Position numbers and translations under genes: made by a program. From Blastocystis sp. Blastoise (lineage: Eukaryota > Protista > Bigyra: Opalinata), in the NCBI GenBank assembly GCA_039096225.1, contig JBBPEB010000022.1, positions 1-64,000 on the forward strand: a stretch of 64,000 nucleotides of DNA. Reading direction: 5' to 3'. The notes under the pieces were generated by a model. That model made no database searches. It saw only the letters and a list, made by a program, of their open reading frames with translations, and had not been told where the DNA came from. Every line of letters begins with the position of its first letter. Position 1 is the first letter of the stretch. Below, piece by piece: positions 25,601-38,015 of this stretch.

Positions 25601-26727
25601 TTATGATGGTCAAAGTGTATGACCAAATGACAAAATGTGTCTTAAAAAGTAAAAGGGTTTCTATATATGTTTAGAATCATGTATTAAGTCTATTTTATGA
25701 ATAAGAGCTTTAAATAAATAGTTTAAGGTTGTCAAATTTAAATAAATGTGTAAAACATAGTCTTAAACTTTGAATAAAAAATTTAGAGATATTAATTAGT
25801 GTGCAGCTATAGTAGCTCTACAACATATCAAAAGTACAAAGAAAATAATTTTTAAAGAGTTGATGTGTGAAGGGTTGTGACTATTATTTAAAATTTATTT
25901 TTACTTCAGTTTATACAAAATCGTGAATTTCGTGCACTGTAAAAAAACTGAGCCAAAAAGTCAACTCTAAGGGTCTTAATTTTTAGAAAATGTAAAAATG
26001 AGTGACTTAGAGGACGAGATTCAAAATAAGAGCTTTTAGTCATTAAACTAGAGTGTATGACCTATATTATATTAAAAGAAGGGACAAAAATATTTTGATC
26101 AAAGTGTATTAGCAAATGGTAAAGTGTCTTTAAAAGTGTTATGATGATGACAGTTGTGTTTAAGTAGTTAAATCAAGTTTACTCTTAAAATATCAGCTTT
26201 AAATAGCAAGTTAAAGGTTGTTAATTTGTCAAAATGTTTTAAACACTGTCTTAAACAAAGAGATTCAAGAAGTTGACTTTCATTTTATACATAATATGTG
26301 TATATAAACACTTTACTAAAAGAACTTTGGAAAATATTGTGGATGAGTGTTTTGTCAAATGGTAAAGTTGTGTCAAGAGTTAATTATTTTAATTCATTTT
26401 TGTTTAAATCAATGTTTTATGTCCACTCTATAAAAACTATCTTTTAATACTGAGTTTAACGTTTTAAAGTCGACATGTGTGTTTGGTTTGTTTACTTTTA
26501 ATTATTAAAATTGAGTTTAAATTGATAAATTATGTCAGACACGTCTATATTGATTGATTCAAACAGTTTAGAGATAATTTATTTGTTTGAGTATAAATAG
26601 ATTTGTTCTCATTGTGACTGTTGTTGAGAAGAGGAAGTCTAAAAAAACTATAAAAAGTTAGATATATATATATAAGGTCAAAATTGAAAAGTATAAATTA
26701 AACTGGATTAAAATAAATTAAAAAAAG

Positions 26728-26804
<77 letters not shown>

Positions 26805-26837
26805 GTGAATAAAATATTAAAAAATAAAAAAATAACA

Positions 26838-26903
26838 CTTTATGTCAGGAATTGAACCTGAAAACAATCTATATGATTGTTTCTCTCCTTCTAGAGCATA
26901 AAA
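26838..26903 (-). ncRNA. tRNA-like cloverleaf (5'-type, copy C)
   Basis: Reverse complement of the 19513-19578 element. Confidence 0.7.
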
Positions 26904-27476
26904 GGAGTTTATAAATAATAATAATAATCAAATATATATATATATATATATATAATAAGAAGGAAATGAAGTGGAAGGATGAGGAAGAAGGAAGTAGGAA
27001 GGATTAGGAAGAAGAAGTAAGAATAAGGAAGGATGAGGAAGAAGGATGAGAAAGAAGGAAGTAAGAAGAAGTAAGAATAAGGAAGGATGAGGAAGAAGGA
27101 AGAATCCAGAATGAAGAAGAAGTAAGTAAGAAGAATCAAAGATGAGGAAGAAGGAAGAAGGAAGTAGGAAGTAGGAAGCATGAATGAAGAATGAAATAGG
27201 AAGAAGGAAGCATGAATGGAGAAGGAAATAGGAAGAAGGAAGAAGGAATGAAGAAGGAAATAGGAAGTAGAAAGAATGAGAAAGAAGTAAGAAGGAAGAA
27301 GAAAGAAGAAAAAAAAAGAATAAGAAGATTTTAAACCTATATAAAATAGAAAACATATAAAAAAGATAATATAAATAATTAATAAATACATAAATAAATA
27401 TTAAAAATAAATAAATAAACATATAAAATAAATAAATAATAATAAATAAATAAACATATAAATATAATAAATATAA

Positions 27477-27515
<39 letters not shown>

Positions 27516-28287
27516 AATAAATAAATAAATAAATAAATAAAATAAATTTAATAAATAAAATATAAATAAATAAAGAAACAATAAATAACAAAAATAATAA
27601 ATAAAATATAAATATATACATATAAATCAACCTGAAACCACAGATTTAAAAGAAAGACATGAAAAAACGAAGAGTATAACACACACATCAGTTACATTTT
27701 CTTCCCTATAGAATAAAAATAACTAATAATCTATTGATTAATTATATATAAAGAAAATATAAACCAAAAAGATAATAAAAAAAGAAACAATTAAAGAAAC
27801 AAATGAATTAAAAATGAAATATTATAAAAAATATATATATTTATATACCTGACACTAAATAAACCATTTCATTTAACCAGGACCACTTCAAGAACCACTA
27901 ACCATGACAACCAAGGCAAATACAAGAGAATCCTATAAAGAAGTGTATTATTTTAAATAAATAAATTAGTATATAAATAGATAAATATAATACTAAGTTA
28001 AATAACTTTAAATAAATAAATAAAACACACTAAGTCAATCAATACAATAAAATATTTAAAAAAGAGTAAAGAACTATGTTTTTTGGGTACCCAAAATGAT
28101 TTTAAACCAGAATGACCCAATTATTACTTTTGTAATAAAATCAATGAAAAATTAAGGCTATTTTTGATTTCTATTATGTTTTAAGAAGCATATTTTAAAA
28201 ATAGACCCTATTATATTTATTAATTCAAATGAAATAGGATTGTTAAATACATAATCTAATACTCATTTATATATTAAATTATTAATT

Positions 28288-29568
28288 ATGATGTCTAAGA
28301 ACAACAAAATTGCTTCAAGGTGGAGGTCTGGAAATAAAAAATAATTTATATTTCAAAGAAAATCAGGTATATTGTATCTATTTGTTATTAGTATTCATAT
28401 TTAGGTTCTTCTACTCAATAAAATCCAGTTGTGTATGCTCTTGGTCTTGGTGGTACTTGCTATGATGGTCTTTAAGGTATATATTTTTCCATTTCTTTTT
28501 TTTTTTAATTATTTATTATATTATTTTAGGTTCTTCTATGCTATTTGAATTATGCAGTGGTGGTGGTGTTGCCTGTTATGCTAACTGTGAAGGTATGTTG
28601 TCAATGATTTGTTTTTATTTTTTTAACTTTTCTTTATTTATAGGTTCTTCTGTTATTGTAAGTGATTCCAATAGTGATATCGGTGTTGATGTAGGTTCTT
28701 CTTGCTTTATAGATGGTATGTTACCAATCATTTATTTTTTTTTTATATTTTATTATTATTTTTTTATTATTTCTATATATATATAGGTTCTTCAGTTGTT
28801 GTACATGTTAACAGTGATGTTGATAATAGATGTCTGTGTGGTGTTGAAGGTATGTTGTCATTCATTTATTTTTTTTTTTTACTTTTATATATATAGGTTT
28901 GTTTTATTGATGTAAATGTTGCTGTTGATGTTGTTGGTGATCAGGTAGACTGCTCATATGATATTAAAGGTATATATATATTGTCATTCATTTATTATTA
29001 TTTTTTTTTTATTTATTATTTGTCTATTACTGTTTCTTTATAGGTTATTCTACTGTTGTGGTTGTAGTTGCTGAACGTATTAATGATGAAGGTTGTCTAC
29101 TTTTTAAATTTAATTTAGTTTATTATTATTTTTATCTTATATAGGTCGTTCTTTTCTTATGGAGTCTTGGATTAATAGTAATAATGATACAGGTATATTC
29201 TTATTTCTTCCTTTCTTTTTTTTTTGATTTATTAATTATCTTTTCATTATATATAGGTTCTTCAAGTCAGTTAAGATATCATGGTGATTCCTCTGTTCCT
29301 TCTTTAGAAGGTATATATATATATTTATTGTTTATATATATTTTATCATTTATTATATTATATATAGGTGTCTTTTCTAATAGGGGATCTTATCACCCTA
29401 ATGTTAGCTTTCATTTTAATAATAAAAATGTATCTAAAGGTATATATATATATATATAACAAATATTTATAATATTTCTTTTAATATATATATGTTAGAT
29501 ATATTTATTATACTATCTCTTATTATATATATATATCTTTTATCTATATAGGTTCTCTTAGTGTTATG
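28288..29568 (+). pseudogene. Micro-exon array (copy C); stops present, introns 1-3 present
   Basis: Introns 28367-28404, 28477-28529, 28593-28643 and onward; AAA TAA in exon 1 and CAA TAA in exon 2. Confidence 0.8.
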
Positions 29569-31060
29569 GTTATGTTTAGATTTTTTTTTTTTTTAGTTCT
29601 TTTTCTTTTTCTTTTGCTTATTATTATTATTATTTTTCACATTTAATAGCTTTCTATTATCTGCTTTCTTTATATTATTTATTTATTTATGCTGTTGTTA
29701 TCGTTTTAGCTATTCTATATTTAAATGTTTTCTTTTGCTATTTTTGTTTTGTTCTTTTTCTTTTTTTTTTATTTAAATTGTGTCGACTATTAAGATAATT
29801 CTTGAAATACTTAGTATGTTAAATAGTGTCAAGTTTTTAAATATTTGAATTAAATTTTAAAACATTTATTGTCACTTTTAACACTGTATAGTATTACTGA
29901 TTTAAAACTGTCAATAATTGAGATATTTAAGTTTTGAGTTTCTCTGTTTACTCGCATTTATATTTACATAATTTTGTGAACGTATTAACTCATAAAAGTA
30001 ACTTTAAGGTTGTAAAATAAAAAATATTATCTTAAAATAGGAGATTCGAAATTCTAATAGAAGTTTAATATATAATAAGCTAAATTCTACAACATATTAA
30101 AAAATAAGAGAATTTCATTTTTGAAAAGTGAATTAACAATGTGTTTGAGTTGTCTAGAAATTTTAAAGAGTTAGTATATTCTTTTAAAATTGTGTTTTCA
30201 TTAGACTATGAAAATTTTGACTTTTAAAAACAAGTTTAAAGGGATTAATATTTTTAAATGTAGAAATGAATTATCCAAAGGATGAGATTCAATATAAAAT
30301 ATTTTATTTATCAAACTATGAATTATATTCTAAATTATATCAAAAGAAAGGACAAAAATACACTTGACAAAGTGTATGACCAAATGTAAAATGTTTATAA
30401 AGAGTGTCAAAATGGTGACTCTTATGTTGATAGAGTTATGATGAGTATAATGTTATAATATTAGCTTTTAAAATTAATTATAAGTGTGTCAACCTTTCAA
30501 AATGTGTTAAAAATGATCTTGAAGTCAGAGATTCAAGACATTAAACTTGAATTAATAAATAAAATAATGAGATCTATACTATGTGAAAGTTATGTCTAAA
30601 ACTATTTTGATACACTTGATATCGAAATGGTAAAGTCTCTCTAAAAGTAATATTGTTGACACTTTTGTGTTTAGAAATGCTATTTAGATTGAATTTATTA
30701 ATATTAATTCAAAAACTTTGTGTTTAAGTTGTTAAAGTCAAAATGAATGTTGACTTTGTTGTGTTAGATTTGTTTTAGTTTTATGAAATGATTAAAATAA
30801 GTTTATGCTATTTTATTATAATCTATTTAAAATGATTTTACAACATAAAAATATTTTTCAATACTTAACATTATGACCCATTTCTAAATTTATTAGCTTT
30901 AGAAACTCCATAATAATTAAAGCAGTAACTCAACTATTTATAAATACAAAATATATTTTTAAAATAATAAATAACAAATATAATGATTCAAAAAGGATTT
31001 CTTATTTTCTTCAAGTATTGTTTTTAGTTTTTCAGATACTATTCAAATAATCTATTTAGT

Positions 31061-31128
31061 TCTTATATCAGGAATTGAACCTGATTACAATCAATAAATG
31101 ATTGCTACTCTCCATATAGAGTATAAGA
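31061..31128 (-). ncRNA. tRNA-like cloverleaf (3'-type, copy C)
   Basis: Same fold as 15193-15260, with a GCAATC/GATTGT G-U pair. Confidence 0.7.
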
Positions 31129-32292
31129 AGTGTTATTAAAATAATATATATAATATATAATATATAATATATAATAAGTAACATATTATAGATAATATTT
31201 AATAAATAATATATATTATATAATATATAATATATAATATATAATAGATAAAAAGGAAAGAAAGTAAATAAAAACCAAACAGTTATTATTCATTGCAGCC
31301 GCGGTCCGGTGCCGTTAGGCCCCGGACCTGCGGCGTGACCCTAGTTTTTTATAAATTAAAATACTAAATTAAATATATATGTATATTAATATAAAATTCG
31401 TTTTAACAAAAGTGGATATGTGTATTTAAAAACGTTAAAATCTTTTAGAGTTTTTTAAAAATAACTTATTTGTTTTATAAACTATATTTTATGTATAATA
31501 GGTAAAGTTTCCAAAGTATTTAAATCTATTTAGTTATGAAATGGAATGTAATTTTTGGTTTATATTTAGTTTTTCGTTTCATTTAATGAAATGATTTTGA
31601 TAACACTATAAAAATTGAATTAAACTTGAATTAATTAATTTTAAATAATGAAAAGATAATTTCTCTATAAATATTCTCTTTTACTTAAAACGAATAGATT
31701 CTATTAATGATAAATATTAAAATAAGACTCTAATTTTTTTGTTTAGTATATAAAGTAATAAATATCTTTTAATTATTAAGAGTACTTTTGTATTAATAAT
31801 TCAAACTAAAATAAGTATAATAAAAGAAAAATTATAATATTTATCAAATAATATCAAGATATGATTACTATTTATATAATTAAACATTTATTAATTGAGA
31901 AAAGCTGTATAATAAAATTTCTAAAATATTTATATAATAGTATATATAAAAGGAAAGGATAAAATATAAAAAAACAAATAGATATCAAAATTATAATATT
32001 TTAAAAATAAAACAAAACAATATATGAAAAGAATATATAATGTTTTTTTTAGACAAGAGAATAAGCTATTTCTCACAATAATAATTATATAGACTAATTC
32101 AAATAAAACATAAATATTTAAAGGTAGGGTATAAGTGATAATAATATGTTTTAAAAGAAAAAGTATTTTATAATCATATTGATATTATTTAAAATACTAA
32201 ATATTTATAAAACTAAATGAATTGATAAAATACATAGAAAGTTATAAATGAAATAACAAAGAAAAGTGAATTAATATTGAAAACTAAAAACT

Positions 32293-32519
32293 AAATAGAA
32301 ATAGAAATAGAAATAGAAATAGAAATAGAAATAGAAATAGAAATAGAAATAGAAATAGAAATAGAAATAGAAATAGAAATAGAAATAGAAATAGAAATAG
32401 AAATAGAAATAGAAATAGAAATAGAAATAGAAATAGAAATAGAAATAGAAATAGAAATAGAAATAGAAATAGAAATAGAAATAGAAATAGAAATAGAAAT
32501 AGAAATAGAAATAGAAATA
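32293..32519. repeat. (GAAATA)n microsatellite, ~37 units
   Basis: Perfect hexamer tandem run. Confidence 0.98.
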
Positions 32520-33558
32520 AGATCAAAAATAAAACACAAGAGTTAATTAATTATCATTGATAAACAATAAATATATATAATCAATAATAAAAATGGCTAA
32601 AAAGAATATTAAAAAAAAAAAGGAAATAATACTCAAGAACATATAGAATGTTAAGTAAGAATTATCAATATGTATGAATTAAATTATTTAAAATACTAAA
32701 TTGAAAATTAAGATTAGAAGATAACAATTAAAAGCAATTGAAATAATATTTTATAGAATATGAAATAGTTTTAATCCTAAAAAAAATAAAAACAGAAATG
32801 AATAACAAAAACATAAGAATAAATATTCATTTTTTAAAATTCACTGTAAGATATAACAATTGAGAGATAATAATTATCTAAACTCAAGCGTAGGCTGGCG
32901 TAGCCAGTCGTGAAACGCTTGTTTATCTAAATTCTCTGCATTATCAAGTATTTATTGTAAATATATAAAGAATTTGAAATTAAATATTTTTAAAGAAAAA
33001 TTGAGAAGAAAACTAGAAAAATAGTGTTTTTTGGCAAATAGTTTAAAAGAGTCTTTGAGTTATATCTTATAATATTGCATTCACAGAGTAACTAATCTTG
33101 TCTTCTTACGTGATATTCGTACTTAAGTGTTTCAAAATAAGTAGTTACAGAGTTTTGTTTAATTGCCATTTTCGGTATTTTATTTTTTGATTTTAAAGTT
33201 GGTTTTCTAATAAATAAAATTAAAATGACTATCTTAATAAAAAAAAGTTTATATTATACTGAAATACATATACAAAATGTTGGACAATTGTGAGCCAAAT
33301 CTTTAGAAACTTAATGTAAACTTACAAGAATCTAAACTTTGGTAGCTGACATCCTTATGATTAAAAATCATTATTATCATTACTATATACTAGGGTCACG
33401 CCGCAGGTCCGGGGCCTAACGGCACCGGACCGCGGCTGCAAAGAATAATAACAGTTTGGCTTTTATTTTCTTTTTTTCATTATTATCTATTATATATAAT
33501 ATATAATATATATTATATACTATATATTATATATTATATATATTATTTTATTAACACT

Positions 33559-33626
33559 TCTTATACTCTATATGGAGAGTAATAATCATTTGTTGATTAT
33601 AATCAGGTTCAATTCCTGATATAATT
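33559..33626 (+). ncRNA. tRNA-like cloverleaf (3'-type, copy D)
   Basis: ATAATC/GATTAT compensatory variant of ACAATC/GATTGT; T-arm intact. Confidence 0.65.
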
Positions 33627-34917
33627 ATTAAATTGATCATTTGAATAGTATCTGAAAAACTAAAAACAATACTTAAAAAAATGAGAAACCCTTTTTGAAT
33701 CATTATATTTGTTATTTATTATTTTAAAAATATATATTGTATTTATAAATAGTTAAGTTACTATTTTAATTATTATGGAGTTTCTAAAGCTAATAAATTT
33801 AGAAATGGCTCACAATGTTAAGTATTGAAAGTCATTATTATGTAAAATCATTTTAAATAGATTATAATAAGGTAGTTTACACTTTCTTTAATCATTTCAT
33901 AAAACCAAAACCCATTTAACACAACAAAGTCAACATTCATTTTCACTTTAACGACTTAAACACATAGTTTTAGAATTAATATTAATAAAGTCACTTTAAA
34001 TAGCATTTCTATACATAAAGGTGTCAACAATATCGGTTTTAGAGAGACTTCACCATTTTGATATCCAGTGTATCAAAATAGTTTTAAACATAACTTTCAC
34101 ACAATATAGATCTCATTGTGTTATATATTAATTAAAATTTGATGTCTTGAATCTCTGATATAGAGACCCTTTTTTATACATTTTGAAAAGTTGACACACT
34201 TAAAGTTAATTTAAAAAGCTAACATTTACACACTATACTCAGCATAACTCTATAAACACGTTAATAACGATTTTAACACTCTTTATAAGCCTTTTACATT
34301 TGGTCATACACTTTGTCAAGTGTATTTCTGTCCCTCGTTTTGATATAGTTTAAAACATAAATTATAGTTTGATAAATAAAATGTTTCGTATTGAATCGCA
34401 TCCTCCTAAAACTTATTATTATATTTTTTTTAAATAAAACCCTTTAAACTTGTTTTTAAAAGTCAGTACTTTCATATTATAACAAAAACACAGTTTTAAA
34501 CAAACAGACAAACTCTTTTAAATTTTTAGACAACTCAAACACATTTTTAATTCACTTGTGAAAAATAAAATTATTTTAATTTTTTACATGTTGTAGAGTG
34601 CATGCTATTTTATATTAAACAATTTTTAGAATTTTTAATCTCTTAGTTGAAGAGCCTATTTTTTAACATTTATTAATTTTTACAATTTTACATATAATAA
34701 ACTATATAAAAAAAGTATGTGGAGGATTCAAAACTTAATAATAAGTCAATTATTGATATGATTACATTGGTGAGTCTATATAGAATTAGATGAGATCAAT
34801 AAATGTTTTAATTAAATTAAATACAAAGATTAAAATGATCCATACTATTAATATTAACTAATTTAACAATTGTTTTAATAGTCAACAATTAAAATTAAAA
34901 AACAAAGCAAAAAAACA

Positions 34918-34948
<31 letters not shown>

Positions 34949-35093
34949 CAAAGTATTATATTAAATAAGTAAATATAGATTAGCTAAAGCTAAACAAAGT
35001 AAATAAATAGATATATAAAGAAAGAAAATATAAATAAAAAATAATAAGCAAAAGAAAAAGAAAATTAAAAAAATAAAAACATTCTAAGTATAC

Positions 35094-36352
35094 CCATCAT
35101 ATTAGAAAAGCCTAAAAAATAAAAGACATATATATATATATATATATAAGAGATATAATAATAAATATATGATATATATATATACCTTTAAGTATTAGAG
35201 ACCTATCCACACTATCACCTATATAGATAAAGATATATATATAAAAGATACATTATAATAAATATATGTAATATATATATATACCTTTAGATATATTTCT
35301 ATTTATAAGAATAAACATTATCATCATGATGATAGTATTCCAAATTAGATGGTACACCTATATATAATAAATGATTGAGATAATAATAATAATATACATG
35401 AATAAACAATAAATATATATATATATATACCTTCTAAAGAAGGAACAGAAGAATAACCATGATATCATAACTGAGTTGAACAACCTATATATGAACAAAT
35501 TAGTATTAATAAAATAAAAAGAAATTAAAAAATAAAGAAATATGAATATACCTGTATCATTACCTATAATAGAAGACTCGATCAGAATAGAAGGACCTAT
35601 ATATAAATAATAAATAAAAATAAACTAAATTAAATTTAAAAAATAGACATACCTTAATTATTAACACCTTCAGCAACCACACACACAACAATAAAAGAAC
35701 CTATAAAGAAACAGTAATAGACAAATAATAAATAAAAAAATAATAATAATAAATGAATGACAATATATATATATACCTTTAATACCATAGGAACAGTCTA
35801 CCTGATCACCAACAACATCAGCAGCAGTATTGAAAACATCAGAAGAACCTAAATATATATAAAAGTAAAAAAGAAAAATAAATGAATGACAACATACCTT
35901 CAACACTACACAGATATCTTCATCTACACCACTGTTTACATGCACAACAACTGAAGAACCTATATATACAAAGAAATAACAAAAGAAAAATATAATAAAA
36001 TAAATGATTGGCAACATACCTTCAATACCATAAGAGGAACCTATATCTACGTAAACAGAACCATTAGCATCATTTAAAGCAACAGAAGAACCTATAAATA
36101 AAGAAAAATTAAAGAAATAAAAACAAATCATTGACAACATACCTTCACAGTTAGCATAACAGGCAACACCACAGCCTCCGTATGATACAAATAACATAGA
36201 AGAACCTTTAAGACCATCAGAGCAAGTAATACCAAGACCAAGAACATACACAACTGGATCCTATTGAGTAGAAGAACCTGAAAGTTTTTGAGAAATGTAT
36301 ATTTTTCCATCTACACACTTCGATCTTGACAGCATCATGCCTTCTGAGGCAT
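35094..36352 (-). pseudogene. Micro-exon array (copy D); introns 1 and 2 precisely absent
   Basis: Exon-exon fusions at 36278/36277 and 36206/36205; intron 3 (36142-36092) retained. Confidence 0.8.
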
Positions 36353-37882
36353 CTTAGATAATATTTTAATTATAAAAAATAAGTGTTTTCTCTTAATATA
36401 AAAATTGTGTTTATATTTCTACTTTTAAAGAAAAGGGTCTTTTATAAAAATATGCTTCTTAAAATCTAATAGAAATCAAAAATACCCTTGAGTTTTCATT
36501 GATTTATTTACAAAAGTAATAATTGGGTCATTTTCTATTAAAAACATTTATGGTACCCAAAAAACATAGTTTTTTACATTTTTTAAATATTTGATTATAT
36601 TATTTGATTCTGTATATTTTATTTATTTATTTGATATTGTTTTATATTGCATTATATCTATCTATCTATATAGTTATTTATTTATTCAAAATAATACACT
36701 TTTTTATAGGATTCTCTTGTATTTGTCTTGGTTGTTGTAGTAAAGAGTTCTTGAAGTGGTCACGGCTATGTGAATTGGATTACTTTGTGTCAGGTATATA
36801 ATATATATTTATTTTTATAGTATTTGTTTTTTAATTCTCTCATTACTTTGTTTTATTTTATATTTTTGTTATCTATATTATTTATTTTGTCTTTTTATAT
36901 CATTTATTAAATAGTTTTTAATTATTTTTATTCTATAGGAAAGAAAATGTTGTTGATGTGTTGTCGTCTTCGTTTTTTCATGTCATTCTTCTTTAGTCTG
37001 TGGTTTCAGATTAATCTATTAGGTATATATTTATATTTTATTTATTATTTTCATTTTTATTATTTATTATTTATGTTTTTTATTTATTTATTTATGTTTT
37101 TTATTTATTTATTTATTATATTTATTTATTTATTTATTATATTTATTTATTATATTTATTATATTTATTTATTATATTTATTTATTTATTATATTTATTT
37201 ATTTATTTATTTATTATATTTATTTATTTATTATTTATTTATTATTTATTTATTTTTATATGTTTTCTATTATATATAGGTTTTATAGTCTTCTTGTTCT
37301 TTTTTCTTCTTTCTTCCTTCTTTCTTCTTCATTTTACTTCTTCCTTCTTCCTTATCCTTCCTACTTCTTTCTTCCTTCTTTCTTCCTTCTTTCTTCTTCC
37401 GTCTTTCTTATCCTTCCTACTTCTTTCTTCCTTCCTTCCTCATCCGTCATTCTTCCTTCCTTATTCTTCCTTCTTCCTCATCCTACTTACTTCTTCCTTC
37501 TTTCTCATCCTTCTTTCTCATCCTTCTTCCGTCTTCCTTATTCTTCCTACTTCCTTCTTCCTCATCTGGCATTCTTCCTACTTCTTCCTACTTCTTCCTA
37601 CTTCTTCCTGCTTCATCATTCATCATTTCCTTCTTCCTGCTTCCTTCTTTCTTCTTTCCCATCCTTGATTCTTCCTTCTTCCTTCTTCCTCATCCTTCAT
37701 CCTTGTTTTTTCCTTCTTCTTCCTCATTCTTCCTTCTTCCTCATCATTCCTACTTTTACATCCTTCCTCATTCTTCCTTCTTCCTCATCCTTCCTCATCC
37801 TTCCTACTTCATTCTTCCTCATTCTTCATTCTTTCTTCTTTCTTCCTACTTCCTACTTCTTTCTTCCTACTTCCTTCATTCC

Positions 37883-37923
<41 letters not shown>

Positions 37924-37948
37924 ATTATTATTATTATTTATAAACTCC

Positions 37949-38015
37949 CTTTATGCTCTAGAAGGAGAGAAGCAATCATTATAGATTGTTTTCAGGTTCA
38001 ATTCCTGACATGAAG
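37949..38015 (+). ncRNA. tRNA-like cloverleaf (5'-type, copy D)
   Basis: CTTTATG...TCAGGTTCAATTCCTGA CATGAAG. Confidence 0.7.

Larger units (their letters stand above)
24851..31344 (+). mobile_element. Non-autonomous Helitron copy C (both ends intact)
   Basis: A|TCATTACTATATATATGAG ... hairpin GTGACCCTAG|T; the empty site GAGATTCAAGTTA|TTTTTTATAAA matches the H0 repeat at 24591. Confidence 0.95.
14952..32921 (+). mobile_element. Older related non-autonomous Helitron H0 (~4.9 kb net), interrupted by B and C
   Basis: Rejoined 5' end A|TCATTACTATA+TTGTGAGAAAT; same GAGATTCAA repeats at 24344, 24591, 24838; 3' hairpin GGCTGGC-GTA-GCCAGTC (32893-32909) then CTTG|T, a degenerate CTAG. Confidence 0.6.

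Noticed and set aside
28288-28480. In-frame TAA/TAG suggesting a ciliate-type genetic code
   Set aside because: RepHel, RPT3, the CAF-1-like and the OCRL-like genes end in TAA, and their long exons lack internal TAA/TAG; the stops are pseudogene mutations
32293-32519. (GAAATA)n as an interstitial telomere
   Set aside because: Not G-rich like known telomeric repeats, and internal to an element
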